Source: an uncultured Actinomycetota bacterium (GTDB taxonomy: Bacteria > Actinomycetota > Actinomycetes > JAHEKZ01). Taken from it: 64,000 nt of DNA. The notes beneath the pieces were generated by a model, which was given only the letters and a program-made list of their open reading frames with translations, was not told the origin of the DNA and searched no databases. Position 1 is the first letter of the stretch. Each line of letters opens with the position of its first letter. Positions 40,760 to 50,181 of this stretch are shown one piece after another. A program made the translations under genes and the position numbers. The stretch lies in contig CAVQYR010000002.1 in NCBI GenBank assembly GCA_963718235.1, forward strand, positions 96,001-160,000, given 5' to 3'.

Positions 40760-41298
40760 GACGTCGACTTCGACGGCTTGGGAGACGGGACCGGCGTCGT
40801 GCTGGTGCCGTCGTCGTCTGCCGGCTGCAGCTTGAAGGTCCACAGGCCCCTGATCTGGTCAGGTGTCTCGCCGAGCGCCAGCACCCGCAGCTCGATCGGT
40901 CCGCTGCGCAGCTCTGCTGCCGCCAGCTGGAACCGGAAGTACGTCGAGGTGACGGGCTCCGCGGTCAGCCGGCTGTCGCCGATGATCGGGAACCAGCCGC
41001 CCTCCTGGAGGTCAGGGTCGACGCTGATCCCGATCGTCTGGTCCGCCGCGACCGGGATTACCCCGATCTTGGACTGCAGCTCGTCGGCCAGCTCGCTCAC
41101 CGACTGGCCCTCCTGCTGGGCCAGGCACGACTTGGCGTCGACCGGTGCCGACGCGTCGAACGACCAGCAGATCGCCTCGACCGTGGCCGACGTCGAGCCC
41201 GAGAAAGCGGTCACCGCCGGGGCCGGCTTCTCGCATCCGGTGAGGAGCAAGGTGCTGAGGGGGAGTGCGGCGAGAGCGGCGGCGTGACGCAGACGCAT
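40756..41298 (-). CDS. Lipoprotein (DUF2771-like)
   Basis: LLTGC lipobox, CEKPAPAVTAFSG, IGISVDP, RGLW.F. Confidence 0.72.
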   Translation of the reverse strand: MRLRHAAALAALPLSTLLLTGCEKPAPAVTAFSGSTSATVEAICWSFDASAPVDAKSCLAQQEGQSVSELADELQSKIGVIPVAADQTIGISVDPDLQEGGWFPIIGDSRLTAEPVTSTYFRFQLAAAELRSGPIELRVLALGETPDQIRGLWTFKLQPADDDGTSTTPVPSPKPSKSTS

Positions 41299-41380
41299 GG
41301 ACTCTCCAGGGACGGCGCCAAGGCGTCACGAGACGCACCGGCGAGGGTCGGGCAACGAGTCGAGGCTACCCTTGGCGGTT

Positions 41381-42256
41381 GTGACCACTACTGCGGGGCG
41401 CAAGCCCGCTGTCGACGCCCAGTGTGCGGCGGCGGTCGACCTCGCCCGTGACGCCCTGAACGAGCTCACGGCTGCCGACACCATCGGTGACCACCTCGGC
41501 GTCGAGGCAGACGCCGAACGGGTCGTGACCCACTTCTTCGAGTGCCGTCAGGCCGGCTACGTCGGGTGGCGGTGGGCGGTGTCGGTGGCGCGTGCCTCGA
41601 GAGCGAAGGAGGTCACCGTCGACGAGACGGTGCTGCTTCCAGGCCCTGAGGCACTGCTGTCCCCCGAGTGGGTGCCCTGGAGCGAGCGGCTGCAGCCCGG
41701 TGACCTCGGTGTCGGCGACCTCCTGCCCTCCCACGCCGACGACGAGCGGCTCGAGCCCGGCTGGAACGACTCCGCGGTCGACAGCGAGGACGAGGTCGAC
41801 GCCGACTGGGCCGCGTTGTCGGCGCGGTACGCCCTCGACCGTCGGCGGGTGCTGTCCCCGATCGGGCTGGACGACGCGATCGACCGCTGGTTGGCGGGGG
41901 ACTCCGGACCGACCTCCTCGATGGCCCTGGCGGCGCCCGCCACCTGCTCGACGTGCGGGTTCCGGGTCGCTCTGCACGGTCGGCTGGGCCAGGCCTTCGG
42001 GGTGTGCGCGAACGTCTACTCCCCAAGCGACGGTCGCGTGGTGTCGATGGACCACGGGTGCGGGGCGCACTCCGAGTCGGCAGTGGTTCCGCTGACCCAG
42101 GCGGCGAGCCCGGTCGTCGACGAGCTCGGGTTCGACATCGTGGACGAGCGCGCGGACGCGGGGCCGGAGACCGGGCTTGAGACCGGGCTTGAGACCGGGC
42201 TTGAGACCGGGAGCGTGACCGACGCCGACCCTGGCGAGGACCTCGGGCACGGCTGA
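41381..42256 (+). CDS. DUF3027 domain protein
   Basis: GYVGWRWAVSV, PEWVPWSERLQPGDLG, CSTCGF, FGVCAN, DHGCGAHSE. Confidence 0.9.
   Translation: MTTTAGRKPAVDAQCAAAVDLARDALNELTAADTIGDHLGVEADAERVVTHFFECRQAGYVGWRWAVSVARASRAKEVTVDETVLLPGPEALLSPEWVPWSERLQPGDLGVGDLLPSHADDERLEPGWNDSAVDSEDEVDADWAALSARYALDRRRVLSPIGLDDAIDRWLAGDSGPTSSMALAAPATCSTCGFRVALHGRLGQAFGVCANVYSPSDGRVVSMDHGCGAHSESAVVPLTQAASPVVDELGFDIVDERADAGPETGLETGLETGLETGSVTDADPGEDLGHG
42167..42211 (+). repeat. Coding 12-nt tandem repeat x3.75 (ETGL)
   Basis: gagaccgggctt x3 plus gagaccggg. Confidence 0.85.
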
Positions 42257-42259
42257 TCC

Positions 42260-45200
42260 GTGTCGGCGCACGCGACTGACGACCCGTTCGGCACGTCCGC
42301 CCTGCGCCGGTCCGTGCTCGACGGCTGGGTCGCCTCACCGACCCGGTTCCGCGAGGACGCCAACGTCGAGGACGACTTCGCGCGCGACGGCTACCGCAAC
42401 CAGCTGCTCGTCGAGCTGGCCCAGAACGCCGCCGACGCCGCCTTCGTCGGCGAGGTGCCCGGTCGGCTTCTGCTGCAGCTGACCCAGGGAGCGCTGCTGG
42501 CGGCCAACACCGGTCGGCCGCTCGACGTCGAGGGCGTGCGTGCGTTGGCGTCGATGCGCGCGTCGGCCAAGCGGGACGCGCGTACGGTCGGACGGTTCGG
42601 GGCCGGGTTCGCCGCCGTGCTCTCGGTCACTGACGAGCCGACCATCGTGTCCCGCGACGGCGGGGTCCGGTTCTCCGCAGGGGCGACCCGAGACGAGGTC
42701 GCGGCCGTCCCTCACCTGGCCGAGGAGCTGACCCGCCGCTCGGGGCACCTGCCCGTGCTTCGCCTGCCCTTCGCGGTCGGTGCGGGCGACACCGTCGTCC
42801 CCGACGGCTACGACACCGTGGTCGTGCTGCCCCTGCGCGACGACGCTGCGCACCTCGCGGTCAAACGGCTGCTCGACGACCTCGACGCTGCGCTCCTGCT
42901 TGCGCTTCCCGCCCTGCAGGAGGTCGTGGTCGACACCACCGACCGGTGCCGCACGTTGAGCGTGCAGCGCGAGGCCGCTGTCGTCCGCCTCCACGACAGC
43001 GACGGCGCCGACGGTGCCGACGACGTCGTCACCGTGTGGCACACGGTGGAGCGCTCCGGACCACTCGACCAGGCGCTGCTCGCCGACCGACCGGTCGAGG
43101 AGCGCCAGCGTCCGTCCTGGTCGGTGCTGTGGGCGGTCCCGGTCGACGCCGGTCGCCCCACCCCCCTGCCGACCGGGGTTCCGTCGGTGCTGCATGCGCC
43201 CACTCGTAGTGCCGAGCCGATCAGCCTTCCTGCCCTGCTCGTGGCGAGCCTGCCCCTGGACCCCAGTCGCCGCCATGTCGCCCCGGGACCCCTGGCCTCG
43301 TGGATCGCTGAGCAGGCCGCCTCGGCCTACGCCGACCTCGTCGAGCAGGTGGCCGCCGAGCTCGGGTCCGAGGCCCTGCGGCTGGTGCCGGTCGGCCCAG
43401 CGGCCGGCGCGTTGGACGCCGCTGTCCGTGAGCACGCCCTGGACGAGCTTCGGGCCCGCCCGCTCGTCCCCCTGGCCGATGACGTCGGTCACCGGGTGGC
43501 CGCCCGCGACGCCGCGCGCCTGGAGCCTTCGGACGACGGGGTCGTCGCGGTGGTGGCCCAGGCCCATGCGGGGCTGGCCGATCCGGCATGGGCCGCTGCT
43601 CGGTCGGCCATGGACGCCCTCGGCTCGCCGGTTCTGGAGCTGGCCAACGTCCTCGACGCACTCACGGCGCTCCACCGACCGGCGTCGTGGTGGCGAAGCC
43701 TGTACGAGGTGCTCGACTCGGCGCGGGTCGACCGTGAGGTGCTCGACGGTCTTCCGGTGCCACTGGTCGGCGGACGGGTGCGGAGGGGGGCCCGGGGCGT
43801 TGTCATTTCGGAGGGGGAAGCGGTCGACGAGGCGTTGGCCGTCGCCGCGGGCCTGGCGCTCGTCGACCCGGCCGCTGCGCACCCGTTGCTCGGGCGGCTC
43901 GGGGCCCAGCCGGCTGACCCGCACGCGCTGCTCGTCATGCCGGCACTGCTCGACGCCGTGTCGGCGTCGGGTGAGCACGACGACCCCGCTCCCCTGGCTG
44001 CCGCCGTTCTCCGGGTGGCGCGGGACTCTGGCCTGACCCGCCTGGACGAGCGCTTCGCCGACCTCGTGCTGCCGACCGCGGACGGCGCGTGGGAGCCGGC
44101 CGGTTCACTCGTCCTTGCCGGCTCTCCACTGGCCGAAGCCCTCGGCGATCCGCACTGTGTCGCCGACGAGTGGGTCGAACGGTTCGGTGAGGAGACGCTG
44201 GGTCTCGTCGGCGTCGCGAGCACGTTTCCGGTTCGTCGTCACCACGACGTGTCCCTGGAGCCAGGGGTGGTCGGCGAAGTGTTCCCCGACGGTGACGAGT
44301 GGGCCGACTGGGTGCTCGACCAGCTGCCCCACGCGGACTTCGCTCCCCTGGTCCCGGAGCTCACCGTCCTGGAACGGCTCGACGACGTGCGCGACGATGC
44401 CTGGCCGCGTGCGCTGCAGATGCTCGGCGAGCCCCCACTGCGAAGCGCTGTCGTCGACCCGGTCCGGGTGCTGCTCCCCGACGGACGTGGCGTCGACGTC
44501 GTCTCCCCCTCGGCGTGGTGGCTGCGCGAGGCTCCGCTCTTCGGGGAGGTGGCACCGGTCGACCTACGACTGCCCGGGTCGGACCCGCGGCTGTCCGGGC
44601 TGTTCGTCGACGCACCGGAGACCGCCTGCGCCGTCGACCCCGACCTGCTCGGAGCCCTCGGGGTGCGTCGCAGCCTCACCGACCTGCTGGCCGACGTCGA
44701 CGGGCCCGAGGACCTGCTGGAGCGACTCCTGGGCGAGGACCGGATGGTCGGGGCCGGTCAGCTCAACGCGTTGTACGCAGCACTCGCGGCCCTGCCTCCG
44801 CAACGCTGGCCGCAGCCGCGCCCCCAGGTCCGGGTTCCCGATGCCGCCGGCAGCCGGGTCGTCGAGGCCGACGACGTCGTGGTCGTCCTCTCGCCGCTGC
44901 ACCGGCCCTTGGTCGACCGGAGCGCGCTGCCCGGCGACGCGCGGCTGGCCGAGCTGCTCGACCTCGACTCGTCCGAGCACCTGGTGGAGGCAGAGGTCGA
45001 GACGCACGGAGTGCGGCGTGAGGTCGTGCCCCAGGTGCTCGAGGTCCTGCCTGGCTCGCCCACCACCTGGTGGGAGTACGACGACCTCGTCGTGGTCGGG
45101 CATCAGGTCGACGCGTGGGTGGATGCCGCGGGGGAGGTCCATGCCTGCACGACGGACGGGCTGGCGGGGGCGCTGAGCTGGGCCGCCGGCGCATGGTCGT

Positions 45201-45325
45201 CTCGTCGTGACGTCGCTGCCGTGCTCGCCGACGCCTCGACGGCCGACGACGTGCTGGTCCAGCGGGCCTACGAGTCCTGGGGCGACCCGGAGGCGTCCTC
45301 GGAGGGCGTCGAGCCGCGTCGGTAG
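42260..45325 (+). CDS. Sacsin N-terminal-like GHKL ATPase protein
   Basis: ELAQNAADA, NTGRPL, GRFGAGF, T.VVLP GHKL motifs in a 1021-aa protein. Confidence 0.85.
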   Translation: MSAHATDDPFGTSALRRSVLDGWVASPTRFREDANVEDDFARDGYRNQLLVELAQNAADAAFVGEVPGRLLLQLTQGALLAANTGRPLDVEGVRALASMRASAKRDARTVGRFGAGFAAVLSVTDEPTIVSRDGGVRFSAGATRDEVAAVPHLAEELTRRSGHLPVLRLPFAVGAGDTVVPDGYDTVVVLPLRDDAAHLAVKRLLDDLDAALLLALPALQEVVVDTTDRCRTLSVQREAAVVRLHDSDGADGADDVVTVWHTVERSGPLDQALLADRPVEERQRPSWSVLWAVPVDAGRPTPLPTGVPSVLHAPTRSAEPISLPALLVASLPLDPSRRHVAPGPLASWIAEQAASAYADLVEQVAAELGSEALRLVPVGPAAGALDAAVREHALDELRARPLVPLADDVGHRVAARDAARLEPSDDGVVAVVAQAHAGLADPAWAAARSAMDALGSPVLELANVLDALTALHRPASWWRSLYEVLDSARVDREVLDGLPVPLVGGRVRRGARGVVISEGEAVDEALAVAAGLALVDPAAAHPLLGRLGAQPADPHALLVMPALLDAVSASGEHDDPAPLAAAVLRVARDSGLTRLDERFADLVLPTADGAWEPAGSLVLAGSPLAEALGDPHCVADEWVERFGEETLGLVGVASTFPVRRHHDVSLEPGVVGEVFPDGDEWADWVLDQLPHADFAPLVPELTVLERLDDVRDDAWPRALQMLGEPPLRSAVVDPVRVLLPDGRGVDVVSPSAWWLREAPLFGEVAPVDLRLPGSDPRLSGLFVDAPETACAVDPDLLGALGVRRSLTDLLADVDGPEDLLERLLGEDRMVGAGQLNALYAALAALPPQRWPQPRPQVRVPDAAGSRVVEADDVVVVLSPLHRPLVDRSALPGDARLAELLDLDSSEHLVEAEVETHGVRREVVPQVLEVLPGSPTTWWEYDDLVVVGHQVDAWVDAAGEVHACTTDGLAGALSWAAGAWSSRRDVAAVLADASTADDVLVQRAYESWGDPEASSEGVEPRR

Positions 45326-45555
45326 GCGCTGCGACGTCGCAGCAGGAACGCGATCCCGACGAGGCCGAGGACGAACCCGACGGCAGCGGTGGCCACCCAC
45401 CAGCCGTGGCCCTCGTCGCCCAGCCGGTCGCGCATCACGACGAGCACGACCAGGCCCCCCAGCCAGAGCCCGGTGCCCACGACAGCGGTCCGCACCCCGT
45501 CGACCTCGAGCGGCGCGACGGTGGTGGCGCGACCGGGGGGCGGGTGGTCTGGCAC
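45268..45555 (-). CDS. DUF2530 membrane protein
   Basis: PLEVDGVRTAVVGTGLW...WWVATAAVGFVLGLVG...RRR. Confidence 0.8.
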   Translation of the reverse strand: MPDHPPPGRATTVAPLEVDGVRTAVVGTGLWLGGLVVLVVMRDRLGDEGHGWWVATAAVGFVLGLVGIAFLLRRRSAYRRGSTPSEDASGSPQDS

Positions 45556-45595
45556 GGCGTCAGCCTAACGACGCGCCGTCGGCGAGACTGTCGCG

Positions 45596-46151
45596 GTGAG
45601 GTTGTTCGCCGCCCTGGAGCTTCCCGATGGTGTGCGGGCCGAGCTGGCCGCGTGGTCCGGCCCGCTGCTCCGGGAGGTGCCGGGGCTGCGGGTCGGTGAC
45701 CCGGCGCTGTGGCACGTGACGACGGCCTTCTATGGAGAGGTCGACGAGTCGCTGCTCGAGAAGCTGCGGTCGGAGGCTGGCACGGGTCCGCGTCGCGGCA
45801 CCCCCCGATGACGCTCCACCTGGCCGGAGCCGGTCGTTTCGGGGACCGCGTGCTGTGGACTGGGGCTTGCAGGGGACCTCGACCCCCTGCGCAGGCTCGC
45901 CGCATCGGCTGCGGCGGCCGGTGCGTCGCGAGGGGCTGCGCGTCGAACGCGGGCGCTACCGGCCCCATGTGACCCTGGCCCGCGCGGCGAGACCCACCGA
46001 CCTGCGCGGGCTGGTGCGAGCCATGACCGGTTGGAGCAGCAGTCCGTGGTCGGCCGGCGAGCTCGGCCTGTTCCGCAGCGACCTCGGACCACCGGTGCGT
46101 CACACCCTGGTCGGGACGTGGCCGCTGGGGGGCTCGCCTCGCACCCGCTGA
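45596..46151 (+). CDS. thpR: RNA 2',3'-cyclic phosphodiesterase (2H family), with ~4 apparent +1 insertions
   Basis: MRLFAAL, WHVTTAFYG and YRPHVTLAR (two HxT motifs) in different frames; GAGRFG..VLW between them. Confidence 0.78.
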
Positions 46152-46182
46152 CCCGTCGGACGTCGGTCCTAGACTCGCGGGC

Positions 46183-46809
46183 ATGTCGCCGCCCCGGGAG
46201 TCCGTCGGCGGGCAGGTGGAGGGCGAGGACTGGGACGGACGCCACCTGGCCGGCGAGGAGTTCACCGGCATCGCCTTCGTCGACGTTGACCTCACCGAGG
46301 TCACCGACGAGGGTGCCGTCTTCACCGACTGCACGTTCAGCAACGTGCGGTTCAACGCCTCGACGCACAGCAACGCGGCCTTCGTGAACTGCGGCTTCTC
46401 GGGGTGCTCGTTCTTCGACGCCACCTTCACGGGCTGCAAGCTGGTCGGCTCCACGTTCACCCGGTGCACGTTCCCGCTGCTGAAGGTCGCCGGGGGTGAC
46501 TGGTCGTTCGTCGGGCTGCGCGGGGCCGACCTGCGAGGGGCGAGCTTCACGGGCGTCCGGATGCGTGAGGCAGACCTGTCGGGGGTGAACGCCGAGGGGG
46601 TCACGCTGCGCGAGGTCGACCTCTCCGGCGCCACGGTGCACCAGGCGAACCTGTCCGGCAGTGACCTGCGCGGCTCCGACCTGTCCGCCCTCGACCCGAT
46701 GACCGTAGATCTCAGACGCTCGACGATCGGCTGGGAGCAGGCGGTGCAGCTGGCCGAGACCCTCGGGCTCGACGTACGCCCAGACGAACCGCCCCGGAGC
46801 CGGGACTAG
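46183..46809 (+). CDS. Pentapeptide repeat protein
   Basis: Tandem [A/S]xF/Lxx repeats: AVFTD CTFSN VRFNA...ADLRG ASFTG. Confidence 0.9.
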   Translation: MSPPRESVGGQVEGEDWDGRHLAGEEFTGIAFVDVDLTEVTDEGAVFTDCTFSNVRFNASTHSNAAFVNCGFSGCSFFDATFTGCKLVGSTFTRCTFPLLKVAGGDWSFVGLRGADLRGASFTGVRMREADLSGVNAEGVTLREVDLSGATVHQANLSGSDLRGSDLSALDPMTVDLRRSTIGWEQAVQLAETLGLDVRPDEPPRSRD

Positions 46810-46818
46810 CCTGCACGC

Positions 46819-46902
46819 GTGGACCCTCGAACCCGGCGCTGGCTGGTCCCGCTCGCGCTGATCGTGTTCGTGGCGGTCGTCGTGCTCGCCTCGGTGCTGT
46901 GA
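46819..46902 (+). CDS. Putative 27-aa single-pass membrane micro-protein
   Basis: GTG..TGA encoding MDPRTRRWLVPLALIVFVAVVVLASVL; TAGCCT 6 nt upstream; GC-ending codons; fills the intergenic gap. Confidence 0.65.
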   Translation: MDPRTRRWLVPLALIVFVAVVVLASVL

Positions 46903-46908
46903 GCCCGC

Positions 46909-47880
46909 CTACCAGGCGTAGGCCTCCGGCGCCGTCCCGCCGGGGCCGGGGAAGATCTCGTCGAGCCGGGTCAGCGTGTCGTCGTCCAAGGTGATGTCCA
47001 GTGCCCGCAGGGACCCGTCGAGCTGGGCGACCGTGCGCGGACCGATGATCGGCGCGGCCACGGCCGGCCGGGTGAGCAGCCACGCGATCCCTACGTCGGC
47101 CGGGTGCTCGCCGAGCTCGTCACAGAACGCCTCGTAGGCCTCGACCTGCGGCCGGTACCGGGCCAGCCGCTCCTGGGCGTTCTCCCCGGCAGCCCTGCCT
47201 TCGTCGGCCTTGCGCAGGATCCCGCCGAGCAGCCCGCCCATCAGCGGGGACCAGGGGATGACGCCGAGACCCAGCCCGCCGGCGGCGGGGAGGACCTCGA
47301 GCTCGACCGTGCGCTCGAGCAGGTTGTAGATGGACTGCTCGCTGACCAGTCCCAGCTGGTGCCGCTGCGCAGCCTTGGCCTGGGCCTGGGCGATGTGCCA
47401 CCCCGCGAAGTTCGACGACCCGAAGTACAGCACCTTGCCCTGCGTGCGCAGCACCTCGAACGCCTCCCAGATCTCGTCCCAGGGGGTCGCCCGGTCGACG
47501 TGGTGCATCTGGTAGAGGTCGATGAAGTCGGTCCTCAGCCGCTGCAGGGAGGCGTCGCACGCCAGGCGGATGTTGCGGGCCGACAGGAACGTGTCGTTGG
47601 GCCAGTCGCTCATCGATCCGTAGAGCTTCGTGGCGAGCACGACCTTCTCGCGCCGGCCCCCGCCCTGGTCGATCCACCGGCCGATGATCTGCTCGGTGAC
47701 GCCCTCGCCCTTCTTCCAGCCGTAGACGTTGGCCGTGTCGAAGAAGTTCAGCCCGTGCTCGAGCGCCCGGTCCATGATGGCGAAGGAGTCGGGCTCGCTG
47801 GTCTCCGGCCCGAAGTTCATGGTCCCGAGGGCGAGCCGTGAGACCTGGAGACCCGATCGGCCGAGGTGGGTGTAGTCCAT
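46909..47880 (-). CDS. Aldo/keto reductase
   Basis: LGTMNFG, FDTANVYG, LATK, IDLYQMHH, WSPLMGG, PIIGPRT. Confidence 0.93.
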   Translation of the reverse strand: MDYTHLGRSGLQVSRLALGTMNFGPETSEPDSFAIMDRALEHGLNFFDTANVYGWKKGEGVTEQIIGRWIDQGGGRREKVVLATKLYGSMSDWPNDTFLSARNIRLACDASLQRLRTDFIDLYQMHHVDRATPWDEIWEAFEVLRTQGKVLYFGSSNFAGWHIAQAQAKAAQRHQLGLVSEQSIYNLLERTVELEVLPAAGGLGLGVIPWSPLMGGLLGGILRKADEGRAAGENAQERLARYRPQVEAYEAFCDELGEHPADVGIAWLLTRPAVAAPIIGPRTVAQLDGSLRALDITLDDDTLTRLDEIFPGPGGTAPEAYAW

Positions 47881-47916
47881 GTCTCAGCACGTTAGTCGGC
47901 GTGCGAGGCTTGTGCA

Positions 47917-49143
47917 GTGCCGACCACGTTGAACGAGGCCCTCGAGCAGGCGAGGGCCGAGCTGCTCGACCCGAACCGGCTGGTGCGCGCCGTGGCCGCG
48001 GGGCGTCGCCGGGGCAGCAGCCCGAAATGGCGCAAGGCGGAGCTGCGGCCGGTCGAGCTCAAGGCCGGACCTCGGCTTCAGGTGACCCTGTTCGACGAGA
48101 GCCAGGCGCACACGGCCAACCACACCTGGGACGCCGACGCCTCGACTGCCGTCGACGCGCTGCTCGAGCAGCCGTTCGGGAACTGGCACGTCGACAGCGT
48201 CGACGGGTCGCTGCAGATCCGCGTGACCAAGCGCGGCGAGGCCCAGGTGCACCGCCGTAGCGGCGCACGTGAGCAGCAAGCCGCGCACGACCGCAGCAAG
48301 CCGCGTCTCGTGGACCCGGGGGAGCCCTTCCTGCTCGAGCTGGGGGTCAGCACGGCCGACGGGAAGGTCAAGCCCAGCCGTACCGACAAGTACCAGCAGG
48401 TCGAGCAGTTCGTGCGGGCGCTCGCACCAGTGGCGCCCACCACCGGCCCGGTCCGGGTGGTCGACCTCGGCTGTGGCAACGCGTACCTCACCTTCGCCTG
48501 CTACCGCTACCTGACGACAGTGCTCCCCGGTGCCGTCGCGCTCGTCGGTGTCGACGTCAAGCAGCAGTCCCGCGAGCACAACACCGCGGTGGCCGGGCGG
48601 CTCGGGTGGACCGAGGCGGTCACGTTCGTCCAAGGCGCCATCGACGACGTCGACCTCGCCCCTCGAGAGCCCGGCGAGGCCGAGCTGCCGACCGCTGACG
48701 TCGTCCTCGCCCTGCACGCGTGTGACACCGCGACCGACGACGCACTGGCCCGAGCGGTCCGCTGGCAGGCACCTGTGGTGCTGGCGGCCCCGTGCTGTCA
48801 CCACGACCTGCAGCGGCGCCTGCGTGAGGCCGGATCTGCTCCTGCGTCGTTGGCGCCGGTACTGCGACACGGGTTGCTGCGGGAGCGGCTCGGCGACGTG
48901 CTCACCGACGCCTGGCGCGCGCTGGTCCTGCGGCTGCTCGGGTACCGCGTGGAGGTGATCGAGTTCGTCGACTCCGTGCACACCCCGCGCAACGTCCTGC
49001 TCCGTGCGGTGCGTACCGGGGCCGCGGCCACGGCCGAGCAGTGGGCCGAGCACGACGGCCTGGTCGACAGCTGGGGCACTCAGCCGTACCTGGCCGACGT
49101 GCTGGGTACCGAGCTGGACGCTGCCCGCGAGCGACCCGCATGA
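47917..49143 (+). CDS. SAM-dependent methyltransferase (Methyltrans_32-like)
   Basis: VVDLGCGNAYLTF, ALHACDTATD, APCCH, HTPRN. Confidence 0.88.
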   Translation: MPTTLNEALEQARAELLDPNRLVRAVAAGRRRGSSPKWRKAELRPVELKAGPRLQVTLFDESQAHTANHTWDADASTAVDALLEQPFGNWHVDSVDGSLQIRVTKRGEAQVHRRSGAREQQAAHDRSKPRLVDPGEPFLLELGVSTADGKVKPSRTDKYQQVEQFVRALAPVAPTTGPVRVVDLGCGNAYLTFACYRYLTTVLPGAVALVGVDVKQQSREHNTAVAGRLGWTEAVTFVQGAIDDVDLAPREPGEAELPTADVVLALHACDTATDDALARAVRWQAPVVLAAPCCHHDLQRRLREAGSAPASLAPVLRHGLLRERLGDVLTDAWRALVLRLLGYRVEVIEFVDSVHTPRNVLLRAVRTGAAATAEQWAEHDGLVDSWGTQPYLADVLGTELDAARERPA

Positions 49144-50177
49144 GTGCCCAGCGGACCTGGCTCGCCCGGGCACGCGTACCGGCTGTCGTGGTCGCTGCGC
49201 TGTGCCTGGCGGCGTCCGGCGTGGTCGCCCGCGCCGATCAGCCACCGAAGCTGCCCTCGACCGTGGCGTTCGTGGTGTCCGACCCCAGCATCGACGAGGC
49301 CAGCGGCATGACGGCGTCGCGCCTGCACCAGGGCGTGGTGTACATCGTCGAGGACAGCCGGAACGGCCCCACGGTCTTCGCGGTCGACAACGACGGTGAC
49401 ACGGCTGCGACCTTCACCCTGGCCGGGGCGACCAACGTCGACTGGGAGGCCATGGCTCCGGGTGCCGACGGACAGGGCAACCCGACGCTGTGGATCGGCG
49501 ACATCGGCGACAACGACAGCGAGCGCCCCTCGATCCGGCTGTACCGCGTCGACGAGCCCAGCGAGCTCGTCGACGGGGACCTGGGGTGGACGAAGATCGA
49601 CCTCACCTACCCCGACCGGCCGCACAACGCCGAGGCGCTGCTGGCCGACCCGACCTCCGGACGCCTCTACGTGGTCACCAAGGAGGCACTCGGCGCCGGC
49701 GTGTACGCCACTCCCACCGACATGGAGAGGGGGGGCGAGTACACGCTGACCCGGGTGGGCAACGCACCCATGTTCGTGACCGACGGGGCGATCTCCCCGG
49801 ACGGCGCACAGACCGTGTTGCGCACCTACGCCAACGCGGTGGTCACCGACGGGCCGGGAGGCTCGGAGCTGGCAAGGTACCGGCTGCCTCCGCAGCCCCA
49901 GGGCGAGACCCTGGCCTTCACGCCCGACGGGCGCGGGATGCTCGTCGGCAGCGAGGGCACCGACCAGCCCGTCTACCTGCTGGACGCCCCGCCGGTCGCG
50001 GCGGACGGCCCGACACCGAGTGAGTCGGCCACTGGCTCGCCCACCGACTCGCCCGACGCCGACCCGGACCCGGCTGGCTCCGACAGCGGCAACCCGGCCC
50101 TGGCCCTGGGGATCGCAGGCGTGGTGCTGGTCAGCCTGCTCGTCGGTGCCGTGATGGCGGGGCGACGGCGGGACTGA
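49140..50177 (+). CDS. Secreted, C-terminally anchored beta-propeller-like protein
   Basis: Signal peptide, EASG, DWEAM, IGDIGDN, NAEALL, QGETLAF; C-terminal TM followed by RRRD. Confidence 0.75.
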   Translation: MSAQRTWLARARVPAVVVAALCLAASGVVARADQPPKLPSTVAFVVSDPSIDEASGMTASRLHQGVVYIVEDSRNGPTVFAVDNDGDTAATFTLAGATNVDWEAMAPGADGQGNPTLWIGDIGDNDSERPSIRLYRVDEPSELVDGDLGWTKIDLTYPDRPHNAEALLADPTSGRLYVVTKEALGAGVYATPTDMERGGEYTLTRVGNAPMFVTDGAISPDGAQTVLRTYANAVVTDGPGGSELARYRLPPQPQGETLAFTPDGRGMLVGSEGTDQPVYLLDAPPVAADGPTPSESATGSPTDSPDADPDPAGSDSGNPALALGIAGVVLVSLLVGAVMAGRRRD

Positions 50178-50181
50178 GCGG

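Noticed and set aside
39643-46151. Programmed frameshifting or true pseudogenes in the SnoaL-like gene and thpR
   Set aside because: Multiple scattered +1 bases without slippery heptamers or nonsense mutations; sequencing error is more parsimonious.
46183-46809. Quinolone resistance (MfpA/Qnr) call
   Set aside because: Pentapeptide repeats alone do not establish gyrase protection.
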